The notes under the pieces: generated by a model
The model's input: only the letters and a program-made list of their open reading frames with translations
Told to the model about the DNA's origin: nothing
Database searches by the model: none
NCBI GenBank assembly: GCA_035543215.1
Contig: DATKJG010000360.1
Coordinates: 1-25,472 of the forward strand
Origin: Phycisphaerales bacterium
Lineage (GTDB): Bacteria > Planctomycetota > Phycisphaerae > Phycisphaerales > SM1A02
Reading direction: 5' to 3'
Length of the DNA stretch: 25,472 nucleotides
Shown: positions 8,411 through 19,990 of the stretch, one piece after another
Position numbering within the stretch: position 1 is the first letter of the stretch
Layout: every line of letters begins with the position of its first letter
Translations under genes and position numbers: made by a program

Positions 8411-9889
8411 TCATGGACCGGAGGTCCAGCGGCCGATGCGCCCCGGCCCTCTTGGCTCCGAAGGCGCCGGCTGCGTGTCGTTCTCTCCATCGCCTCGACC
8501 CGGCGCGCGCGGCCGTGCATTCGTCGTCGGCCTGCTTGCAGGCTGCGTGCCTGCACTCGGCGCGGGCTCGACATCGGCCTGCACCGCTTCGGGTTCGCTG
8601 AACGTGGATTCCTCCGTGCTGTTCGCCTCCAGCGCCATCAGTGCCGCATCGCGCAGGAGCGTGATGTCGCGCAGGTACGCGATGCGCGGCTTTGGCCCCG
8701 CCAGATCAATCACCAGTTCCTGCACCTGCGGATTGATGATCGGCCCGTCCGGCGCATCGGCGTTGACCTCGCCTGCGGCCAGGCGAACGCGATAGGTCCA
8801 GCATCGAGCCGTCACGCGGCCCGCCATTTGCTCATATGTTTCCGGCGAGATGATCTGACTGGTCACGGGCCAGGCGCTGGTGCCCCGCTCCACAGGCGAG
8901 AGGTCCTGCCTGACGCTGATCATCTGGTCCACCTGTTCGGGCGTGACTCCCGGAAGGGCCAGCAACGCCTCGCGCGGCGCGGCGTTGATGTCCAGACGTC
9001 CGAAATGCAGATCGCCCGCTTCGGTGGTGAAGGCGTCGAGAATCGCCGGCCACTGCTCCAACGGCGTCTTGTAGGCGCGCATCGCCTTGACGAGACTGGT
9101 ATCGCTGTCGAACTTCGTGCCGCTCTCGAACACCTGCTTCATGACCGTGGCTGCGTCGGCGCCGAATCGCTCCTCGATGCGCTTCCCGAGTTCCTCGCTC
9201 CATTTCTGGTTGAGGTTGATCCGCCGGTTGGAGGTGTACTGCACAGCCGGCTCGACGGAGAAGACGGTCACGACATCGGCGAGACCGAGCGGCCGCGAAG
9301 CGCTCGAGTTGGTCGCCACGACGCGCACATGCACCGGCCGACTCGCATCGATCGCCAAGAGCGCGATCGTTGTGCCATATAGCATCTCGATGCTCATGCC
9401 CGGCGCGGCGAGCAGTTCACTCACCGATTGGACCGGCCGCCCCAGGCCATCGCGCCAGGCAATGATGCCATCCGCCGCGACGTGATCGACCAGGCCCGTG
9501 CGCGCCAGCGCCTCAGCGTCGACGCGGTTGAGATCGAGTTTCGCGGCTTCGGGCGCGAGGATTCCGCCATCGGCGTTGACGGCCAGCAGCCGCACGACGC
9601 CCGCGCGCGTGCCGGCCTCATAGACGAGGTACTGCGGATCGAGTTCGGGAAGCTCGCCTGCGAGAATGCGATCGCGCTGATCGGCGAGGCGGCTCATGAT
9701 GGCCTGCGCGCCTGACCACAACAACGCCCGAGCCTGGGCGGCATCAGCGCTGCCGGCCGCGCCTGCGGCCTCCGTCTGCGATACGTAGAGGAGGCCGGTC
9801 GCCACCAGAATCGCGCTCATCATGCACACCAGCACGGCCAGCATGATGAAGGAACGCCGGGCCGGCGAAGGTGATCGGTCACCGCTCAT
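8411..9889 (-). CDS. gspK: Type II secretion minor pseudopilin GspK-like protein
   Basis: Atypical prepilin leader RRS|FIMLAVLVCMMSAILVATGLL with no Glu5, as is typical of GspK. Two HhH-like motifs: KLDLNRVDAEAL and GRLDINAAPREALLALPGV. Start placed at ATG 9889, which overlaps the upstream stop, rather than 9928. Confidence 0.8.
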   Translation of the reverse strand: MSGDRSPSPARRSFIMLAVLVCMMSAILVATGLLYVSQTEAAGAAGSADAAQARALLWSGAQAIMSRLADQRDRILAGELPELDPQYLVYEAGTRAGVVRLLAVNADGGILAPEAAKLDLNRVDAEALARTGLVDHVAADGIIAWRDGLGRPVQSVSELLAAPGMSIEMLYGTTIALLAIDASRPVHVRVVATNSSASRPLGLADVVTVFSVEPAVQYTSNRRINLNQKWSEELGKRIEERFGADAATVMKQVFESGTKFDSDTSLVKAMRAYKTPLEQWPAILDAFTTEAGDLHFGRLDINAAPREALLALPGVTPEQVDQMISVRQDLSPVERGTSAWPVTSQIISPETYEQMAGRVTARCWTYRVRLAAGEVNADAPDGPIINPQVQELVIDLAGPKPRIAYLRDITLLRDAALMALEANSTEESTFSEPEAVQADVEPAPSAGTQPASRPTTNARPRAPGRGDGENDTQPAPSEPRGPGRIGRWTSGP

Positions 9890-10607
9890 TCGCCGCCGCC
9901 GCCTCCTCCCCGCCATCTGGAATAACAATCACGCGCCGGCGATCGGGCGGCGGCGCTCGGAACGACTCCGACTCGCTCATCATGGCGAAGGCGTTCTCGT
10001 CGAAGTTCCCAGCGGATTCGCCCGGCTGCGTCGAAGGTCCCGCGCCCGATGCGGCACTCGAAGCATCACCCGGCCAGGGGTTGAACCACACACACACCTC
10101 GACCGCAGCGGGAAGTCGATTGGCAGCAAGACTGTCGAACGATGCCTGCCATTGCCGTCCATCGAGATAGCGGAAGCGGATGTGTGCAATATCTCCGCCC
10201 AGCGCGGCGAACTCAGACGCCTCGCCCGCGAGGTGCTTGCGCGCCTCGAGGCTGTGGTTGCCCGCGTTGAACTGGTATTCGACAGCGTGCAGATCGCCCA
10301 GGGCCGCGGGATCATCCATGGCGCGCGAGGCCAGTTGCGTCATCACGCCGCGTGTGAGGATGCGCAGATGCGTCGCATCGCCGGTGATACCGGGGCCGTT
10401 GCGCGAATCGCCGACGAGACACGCGGCCAAGTCGCCTTCCACCCGCTCGATGAGCGTGGCAGCGGCCCGCTGCCGAGCCGCGTGTTCGAGTGTGCGGACG
10501 CGCGTCGCCAGCATGTCCTGGAGAAACACGAACATCGTCGCGCCGAGGATCAAGGCCAGTGCGATGGCGATGAGCACCTCCAGAAGCGTGAAGGCCCGTC
10601 GGGTCAT
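9879..10607 (-). CDS. Minor pseudopilin, GspJ-like (N-methylation motif)
   Basis: MTRRA|FTLLEVLIAIALALILG prepilin motif with Glu5. Position between the I-like and K-like genes; 4-nt start/stop overlap with the upstream gene. Confidence 0.8.
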   Translation of the reverse strand: MTRRAFTLLEVLIAIALALILGATMFVFLQDMLATRVRTLEHAARQRAAATLIERVEGDLAACLVGDSRNGPGITGDATHLRILTRGVMTQLASRAMDDPAALGDLHAVEYQFNAGNHSLEARKHLAGEASEFAALGGDIAHIRFRYLDGRQWQASFDSLAANRLPAAVEVCVWFNPWPGDASSAASGAGPSTQPGESAGNFDENAFAMMSESESFRAPPPDRRRVIVIPDGGEEAAAANER

Positions 10608-11113
10608 CGCTCGCCTCCGTCCGGAAGCCCACGTGTCATTTCGTCCTCGGCGAATGGCTGGCCCGCATCCTCACGCAGTGCCACCAATTGCCGCAGCGTG
10701 TAGCGCATCGGGCTCTCGCCGGCGGCTTCCAGTTCGGCCGGCATGTTCTCTATCACCGTCAGCTCGACGAGTGTCAGGTTGCCGAACTCGCTGCGCGCGG
10801 TTGAGACCTCGATGCGCCAGCGCGGCTCTTCGGCTGCGGCATGGGAGTCGGTGGAATTCGGATCGTCGATGTCGGCATCGCCGCGGAGGCCGCCAAGCGT
10901 CGTCAATCCCGCCTCGAGTTCAGCCATGCGCGACCTCGCAAGATCCACCGCCTCCTGCTGCAGGCGCGTGCGTTCGAGGGTTCTGGTCACCGAGCGCACG
11001 GAGGCGAGCGTCAGCGCCGCCGCGCCGACGAAGAGCGCCACCGCCAGCATGACCTCGAACAACACGCCGCCGCGCCGATGCTCGCCGAAACTGGCGTCAG
11101 CGCCGCAGGCCAT
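10604..11113 (-). CDS. Minor pseudopilin, GspI-like
   Basis: RRGG-VLFEVMLAVALFVGAAA pilin-like N-terminus and QEAVDLARSRMAEL helix. Size and position fit GspI. The start could be TTG 11119 or ATG 11113. Confidence 0.72.
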   Translation of the reverse strand: MACGADASFGEHRRGGVLFEVMLAVALFVGAAALTLASVRSVTRTLERTRLQQEAVDLARSRMAELEAGLTTLGGLRGDADIDDPNSTDSHAAAEEPRWRIEVSTARSEFGNLTLVELTVIENMPAELEAAGESPMRYTLRQLVALREDAGQPFAEDEMTRGLPDGGER

Positions 11114-11115
11114 GA

Positions 11116-12000
11116 TCAATCACCGCGAGCCGGTCGCTGGATGAGGCTGTCCTGCTTTGTCGATGGCCACGCGTCATCGGCGGCGGACTGGTCGGCAGGC
11201 AACGAGTTGTTACCCGATGGCATCGATTCGTCGGTGAGATCGGACAGGCGATGGAACATCGGCAGGCCGGACCAAGGATTGATCGTGATGCGGCCGAGGC
11301 GTCCCTGACCGTCATCGAGCCAGAGGTCATTGCCCACCATCGCCGAGCCATCGGGCATGAAGACCGCGAGGCGCACATCCTGTCCCTGCGCAAGTGCGTC
11401 GAGCACATCCGCGTCGCTGTCCCGAGCGACGGAGACCATCGTGCCGTCCGGCATGCAGATCTCCTCCATATCGGCGGCGTCGCCGGCAAACGGCGGATGT
11501 GTTCCAATTCGCATTCCGCGGCCAAGTGGGCGAATGGCCCAAGCCTCGGCAATGGCGCGATTCGACGAATCCGCGTCAGCATTGCCGCCGTTGCTGGCGG
11601 GCAGGCCTGACACTTCGTCACGTTCCGACGTCGAGCCGTGCCTGGGGGTGGGATTCTCGCGCGCACTGGAAGCCAAGGGCGAGGTGCCGGGCTCGATCGT
11701 GTCGAGAGCTCCCTGCGCATCCCACGGCGCATACACGCGCGCCTGCACCTGGCCGGTCATGGGGCTGTAGGTCACTTCAACCGCTTCGCCAGTCACCTGG
11801 GCATGGGCCCGGGCCATCATCAACTGCTCATTGGTGCCGTCGGCCGCGGCTTCAAACGCTCGCTCATCCAGGCGCTTGATCACGGTCGGCGCGACGATCG
11901 CCGCCAGGGCCGCCAACAACACCAGCGCGATCAACACCTCGAGCAGGGTCATTGCCGGGCGGCGTGTGCGTGCGTGCTGGAGCGTCATGTGGGCGTGCAT
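11116..12000 (-). CDS. Minor pseudopilin, GspH/FimT-like, enlarged
   Basis: RRPA|MTLLEVLIALVLLAALAAIVAP motif, LMMARAHAQVTG helix, and VFMPDGS...ITINPWSG C-terminal strands. SD AAGGAG lies 7 nt before the ATG. Confidence 0.78.
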   Translation of the reverse strand: MHAHMTLQHARTRRPAMTLLEVLIALVLLAALAAIVAPTVIKRLDERAFEAAADGTNEQLMMARAHAQVTGEAVEVTYSPMTGQVQARVYAPWDAQGALDTIEPGTSPLASSARENPTPRHGSTSERDEVSGLPASNGGNADADSSNRAIAEAWAIRPLGRGMRIGTHPPFAGDAADMEEICMPDGTMVSVARDSDADVLDALAQGQDVRLAVFMPDGSAMVGNDLWLDDGQGRLGRITINPWSGLPMFHRLSDLTDESMPSGNNSLPADQSAADDAWPSTKQDSLIQRPARGD

Positions 12001-12044
12001 GCGCGGTCTCCTTGAACAATGGATGCCGGCGGGCCGGCGCGGTC

Positions 12045-12599
12045 TCAGCCGCCGCCGCTGCCGCTAGCGCCGCTCCCGGAATCAGGAGGCGGAGCGAATC
12101 CATCGCCACTATCGGCATTGGAGCCGCTGGTCCCTTGCGAAGACGCGTTGGTGATGTCGTCCTCAGTCCCCTCCTGCTTGTCGGGGCCAAAGGAGACGAG
12201 GTCGTACCCCTCGGTGTTCACTTCGCCTGGACAGTGATAAACGAGTTCCGAGCCCCACGTGTCCTTGGTGATGGGCGACTCGAGGTACTTGCCGCGCCAA
12301 TTGGTGGCTTCATCCTCGCTGACCAGCAGCGACTTGTCCCACAGAGCCGCGAGGCCCTCCTCATCGCTCGGATAGCGCTTCATGTCGAGTTTGAACTGCT
12401 TGAGCGCGCCATCGATGTTCTGGAACTGCACCTTCTGCAGATCAATGTCCGCCTGCTCCTTGCGCGGGATGAGATTCACGACCACCAGGCCGCCAATCGC
12501 CAGAAGGATGGCGATGACGATAAGCACTTCGATGAGCGTGAGGCCCCGGCGGCGGGGCCGGGCGGCGGAGAATCGGGAGGCGCGGGGTATGGTGTTCAC
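12045..12599 (-). CDS. gspG: Type II secretion major pseudopilin GspG
   Basis: RRRG|LTLIEVLIVIAILLAIGG, RYPSDEEGLAAL, and the GspG C-terminal signature KDTWGSELVYHCPG...YDLVSFGPDKQEGTEDDITN. Start set at GTG 12599, with GGAGG 8 nt upstream. Confidence 0.92.
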   Translation of the reverse strand: MNTIPRASRFSAARPRRRGLTLIEVLIVIAILLAIGGLVVVNLIPRKEQADIDLQKVQFQNIDGALKQFKLDMKRYPSDEEGLAALWDKSLLVSEDEATNWRGKYLESPITKDTWGSELVYHCPGEVNTEGYDLVSFGPDKQEGTEDDITNASSQGTSGSNADSGDGFAPPPDSGSGASGSGGG

Positions 12600-12664
12600 G
12601 AGAAGACCCTCCAATTTCGAGATCCGGCGATGCGGCCGCGACATCCATGCCGGGCCGAATGAAA

Positions 12665-12694
12665 AGTGTATGCCCATTCGCCTGCCTAGTGCAA
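12665..12694 (-). promoter_or_regulatory. Candidate sigma70-type internal promoter upstream of gspG
   Basis: The minus strand reads TTGCAC-N18-TACACT, about 65 nt upstream of the gspG start, inside the 156-nt gspF-gspG gap. Confidence 0.5.
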
Positions 12695-12755
12695 ACTAAC
12701 CGGCGAGACGTTTTTTGGATGCGTCGAGGCGGGAGCGGGCGGTTCATGGACCGTT

Positions 12756-13955
12756 TCACCCCGAGAGCCCTGAACTCATACGCATCATGGGCACGATGAG
12801 CGCAATGAAAATGAACAGCACCACGCCCGCCATGCACAGCAACAGGGCCGGCTCGACCAGTCGCAGAAACACGTTCAGCAGGCGGTCAATACGCTTCTCG
12901 ATGGTGTCAGCGATGGTCACCAGCACACTTGGCAGGTTGTTCGCCGACTCGCCCACGCTGATCATCTCGATCACGTCGTCGTCGAACAGGCCGCTGTCAG
13001 CGAGTGGTTTGCTCAGCGTTTCGCCGGCGCGGACCGCCTCACCGGCGCGGTCGATCGCCTCGGCCAGCAGGATGTTGCCGGCGGCATCGCGGCTGATCTG
13101 CATGGCCTGCAGCACCGGGATGCCGTTCTCCAGCAGCGTGCCGAGTATGCGCGCGAAACGCCCGACAGCCACGGCGCGGGTAAGCGGGCCGATCGCGGGC
13201 ATCCTGGTCTGCAACTCCGCCAGGCCGCGCTGGACGCGCGGCGAGCGAGCGAGCCGCCACAATCCCAGGGCCACGAGCGCCGCGATCACCAGGATCGGCA
13301 GCCACCAGTGCGTTAGCGCATAGGAGGCGGATAGCAGCACCTTGGTCGGCCAGGGCAGTTGGATGCGCGCGTAGAAATCCTTGAAGCGCGGCACGAAGAC
13401 CAGCAGCGCGAAGATCACAATGCCCGCGCCCACCGTGAGCAGCACCAGCGGATAGATGAGGCTGCCGACCAATCGCGCACGAAGGTCCGCCTGATGCTCG
13501 AGAAACGTGCCCATGCGCGCGAGGACCGAATCAAGAAAGCCGCCCTTCTCGCCGGCCCGCACCATGGCGATCTGCACAGGGGGGAAGAATTCGCCATGCG
13601 TGGCCATGGCATCGCCCAGACGCTGACCATCGGCGACGGCGTCGGCGACCTTGTCCCACGTTCCGGCGAGGCGTGGATTCGACTTGCCGCGACCCAAGAG
13701 GCGCAGGCCGCGCAGAAGCGGCACGCCTGCCCGGAGGAGATCCGCCAGTTGCCGGTATGACGCGGCGAGCGGCCGCACACCGACACCGCGTCTGCCCACG
13801 CCCAGCCTCGGCCTGTCGCGCAATTCCTCAACGCGCACGGGAGCCAGGGCCCGGCTCTGCAGTTCCGCCAGCACGGCCGCGGAACTCGCACCGGCAAGCC
13901 GGCCCTCGATCTTCTGGCCAGCGGCATCGCGCGCGATGTAGGTGAACGTGGGCAC
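12756..13955 (-). CDS. gspF: Type II secretion inner-membrane platform protein GspF
   Basis: MPTFTYIARDAAG N-terminus, YRQLADLLRAGVPLL, AMVRAGEKGGFL, SLIYP, LLENGIP, MISVGESANNL and LVEP. This is the two-domain GspF/PilC pattern with three TM segments. Confidence 0.93.
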   Translation of the reverse strand: MPTFTYIARDAAGQKIEGRLAGASSAAVLAELQSRALAPVRVEELRDRPRLGVGRRGVGVRPLAASYRQLADLLRAGVPLLRGLRLLGRGKSNPRLAGTWDKVADAVADGQRLGDAMATHGEFFPPVQIAMVRAGEKGGFLDSVLARMGTFLEHQADLRARLVGSLIYPLVLLTVGAGIVIFALLVFVPRFKDFYARIQLPWPTKVLLSASYALTHWWLPILVIAALVALGLWRLARSPRVQRGLAELQTRMPAIGPLTRAVAVGRFARILGTLLENGIPVLQAMQISRDAAGNILLAEAIDRAGEAVRAGETLSKPLADSGLFDDDVIEMISVGESANNLPSVLVTIADTIEKRIDRLLNVFLRLVEPALLLCMAGVVLFIFIALIVPMMRMSSGLSG

Positions 13956-13965
13956 GGTGAGCCTG

Positions 13966-13971
13966 ATTGTA
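13966..13971 (-). promoter_or_regulatory. Candidate -10 box (TACAAT) for the gsp operon
   Basis: TACAAT lies 10 nt upstream of the gspF GTG. There is no SD and no clear -35. Confidence 0.45.
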
Positions 13972-14092
13972 CGAATCGCGCGCGGCTATGCGTGCGGGAA
14001 ACGCGCGCGTCTCATGATCGCGCAGTGTCGCACGCTTCTCCATATTCCCGCGGCAACACGTTGCACGACTGTTCGGAAGGCCCACCGCCCGA

Positions 14093-14098
14093 TAGATT
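14093..14098 (+). promoter_or_regulatory. Candidate -10 box (TAGATT), leaderless-type, for DUF485-actP
   Basis: TANNNT 8 nt before ATG 14107; no SD. Confidence 0.4.
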
Positions 14099-14106
14099 GC
14101 CGCACC

Positions 14107-14442
14107 ATGGCGGAAACGGGACATGCTCGCAACGCTCGTCAGGCAATTGACTGGCCCCGCATTGCGGCGTCGGAAGAGTTCCGCGCACTGACGGCAGCCA
14201 AGCGCCGCTTCATCATTCCCGGCGCCATCTTCTTCATCATCTATTACTTCGCGCTGCCGGCGCTGGTCGGCTACCTCCCCGACGTCATGGAGCGGCGCGT
14301 CTGGGGCGCGATCAACCTGGCGTACGTCTTCGCGCTGTCGCAGTTCTTCATGGCGTGGATCGTCATGTGGCTCTATGTGCGCGCGGCGCGACGCTGGGAC
14401 GCGATGGAGCGGGAGATCATCAATCGCGTGAGCGCGCAGTAA
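14107..14442 (+). CDS. DUF485 family small membrane protein (YjcH-like, partner of ActP)
   Basis: SEEFRALTAAKRRF followed by two TM helices (FFIIYYFALPAL; YVFALSQFFMAWIVMWLYVRAA), directly upstream of actP. Start set at ATG 14107 rather than 13942. Confidence 0.88.
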   Translation: MAETGHARNARQAIDWPRIAASEEFRALTAAKRRFIIPGAIFFIIYYFALPALVGYLPDVMERRVWGAINLAYVFALSQFFMAWIVMWLYVRAARRWDAMEREIINRVSAQ

Positions 14443-14445
14443 CGC

Positions 14446-16128
<1,683 letters not shown>

Positions 16129-16145
16129 GGATGCACGTCGTGCCG

Positions 16146-16154
16146 TGGTAACCT
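16146..16154 (+). promoter_or_regulatory. Candidate extended -10 promoter (TGgTAACCT), leaderless, for acs
   Basis: TGn plus TAACCT, exactly 6 nt before ATG 16161; no SD. Confidence 0.5.
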
Positions 16155-16160
16155 GTCGAC

Positions 16161-18227
<2,067 letters not shown>

Positions 18228-18233
18228 CGCCTG

Positions 18234-19970
18234 ATGCGTCCCGATCAGGATTCAGCGATGCGCGGCGAGGCGCCTTGCGCAGCGCATGCAATCCTGATCA
18301 GCATCGCCACAGCGCTGCTGCTCGCGCCCTTCCTCGGCAAGGCCTATCACATCGATGACCCGATGTTTCTGTGGGTGGCTCAGCAGATTCGAGCACATCC
18401 GCTGGATTTCTACGGCTTTGATGTGAACTGGTACGGCATTGTGATGCCGATGCACGAGGTCACGCAGAATCCGCCGCTTGCATCGTATTTCATCGCGCTC
18501 AACTCACTTGCTGTCGGCTGGAGCGAACTTGGCCAGCACGTCTGCTTCCTGCTCCCGGCCATCGCGCTGTCGCTGGGGATCTACACGCTGGCTGCCCGCC
18601 TTTGCTCCCATGCATTGCTGTCTGCCTTGATCGCGATCCTCACGCCGGTCTTTGCCGTGTGTTCAAGCAGCATCATGTGCGATGTGCCGATGATGTCGCT
18701 GTGGCTCTGGTCAGTTATCGCGTGGGAGAATGGATTGCGACGATCGCAGTTGCCGTGGCTGCTGCTCGCGGCGCTGCTGATCGCCGCAGCCGCCCTGACA
18801 AAGTATTTTGGCGCAGCGCTGATCCCGCTTCTCCTGGCGTATTCGATCGCATACCGGCGCGGCGTGGGCCTCTGGATGTGCTGGCTCGTGATTCCAGTGC
18901 TCGCCCTGGTTGCATTCGAGTTCTGGACCAAGCGACTTTACGGTCACGGACTCCTCGCCGGGGCACTTGATTACCCGCAGGCAACGCGCGCGCTGCGGCC
19001 ACGAGGCAGCACCGTGCTGATGCAGGGGCTGGCGTTCACCGGAGGCTGCATGCTGCCAGCCCTGTTCTTCGCGCCGCTGATGTGGTCGCGCGGTGTCCTG
19101 GGTGCGGCGATCGTTGCCTGCGGTGCGCTCGCCTTGGCCGCAGTCCGCGTGGGCGCCTGGCAGACGCTCCAGTTCACGACGCCTGAAGGGCCCGACTGGC
19201 TCGCGGCAGTCCAGGCCGCGGCGCTGATCATCACCGGCGTGAGCGTGCTGGCAGCCGCTGCAGTTGACCTCTACCGTCGGCGTGATGCCGGTTCAGTGCT
19301 CCTCGCCGCCTGGGTTGCCGGGACGTTCGTCTTTGCGACGTATCTCAACTGGTCCGTGACGGCGCGCACCCTTCTTCCGATGGCACCAGCGGTCGCGATC
19401 CTGATCGTGCGCCGACTGGAGGACCGCGGCGCTCTGCCGCGACAGGACCGGAAGTCGCAGAACGCACACTTCGTTCGTTGGACACATCGATTCGACCTGC
19501 GAATTGCCTGTGCCTTGCTCGCGTCGGCTGTCATCGCCATGGCGGCGGCATGGAGCGACCATTTGGCGGCCGCGGCCGCACGAGAGGCGGCACATCGCGT
19601 CGCAGCCGTTCAGCGTCCATCAGTGGTAACCCTTTGGTTCATGGGGCATTGGGGTTGGCAACACTACCTGCAGGAGGCCGGGGCCAAGCCACTTGACTTC
19701 GATCACTCTGAGATCCTGCCCGGCGATGTCATCGCAGTCGCCGACTACGGCAGCAATATCGTCATGCTGCCGGCCGGCGCCGTCCGCCGTTCCGAAGTCA
19801 TCGATATTCCAACCCTGGGCTGGCTCACCGTGTTTCATCCCCTGTCGGGCGCAGGATTCCATTCAAGCCTGTACGGGCCGCTTCCCTTGGTTGTCGACGA
19901 CGTTCCGCCGGAGCGATTCGAGGTGTTCGTGGCCCGCGACACGATCCGATTGAAGATTCCGACTCGTTAG
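18234..19970 (+). CDS. GT-C fold multi-pass membrane glycosyltransferase (ArnT/PMT-like, GT39/GT83-related)
   Basis: YHIDDPMF first-loop acidic motif, QNPPLASY, many TM helices, AALTKYFG, and a C-terminal soluble domain. GAGGAG (SD) precedes the start. Substrate unknown. Confidence 0.75.
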   Translation: MRPDQDSAMRGEAPCAAHAILISIATALLLAPFLGKAYHIDDPMFLWVAQQIRAHPLDFYGFDVNWYGIVMPMHEVTQNPPLASYFIALNSLAVGWSELGQHVCFLLPAIALSLGIYTLAARLCSHALLSALIAILTPVFAVCSSSIMCDVPMMSLWLWSVIAWENGLRRSQLPWLLLAALLIAAAALTKYFGAALIPLLLAYSIAYRRGVGLWMCWLVIPVLALVAFEFWTKRLYGHGLLAGALDYPQATRALRPRGSTVLMQGLAFTGGCMLPALFFAPLMWSRGVLGAAIVACGALALAAVRVGAWQTLQFTTPEGPDWLAAVQAAALIITGVSVLAAAAVDLYRRRDAGSVLLAAWVAGTFVFATYLNWSVTARTLLPMAPAVAILIVRRLEDRGALPRQDRKSQNAHFVRWTHRFDLRIACALLASAVIAMAAAWSDHLAAAAAREAAHRVAAVQRPSVVTLWFMGHWGWQHYLQEAGAKPLDFDHSEILPGDVIAVADYGSNIVMLPAGAVRRSEVIDIPTLGWLTVFHPLSGAGFHSSLYGPLPLVVDDVPPERFEVFVARDTIRLKIPTR

Positions 19971-19978
19971 CGGGCAGA

Positions 19979-19984
19979 TATGCT
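19979..19984 (+). promoter_or_regulatory. Candidate -10 box (TATGCT), leaderless, for the FAD monooxygenase
   Basis: TANNNT exactly 6 nt before ATG 19991; no SD. Confidence 0.5.
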
Positions 19985-19990
19985 GGCTGC

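Noticed and set aside
12660-12678. Possible sigma54 promoter (GGCATACACTTTTC) upstream of gspG
   Set aside because: The invariant -12 GC is TC here. The same bases fit a sigma70 -10 box with a matching -35 better.
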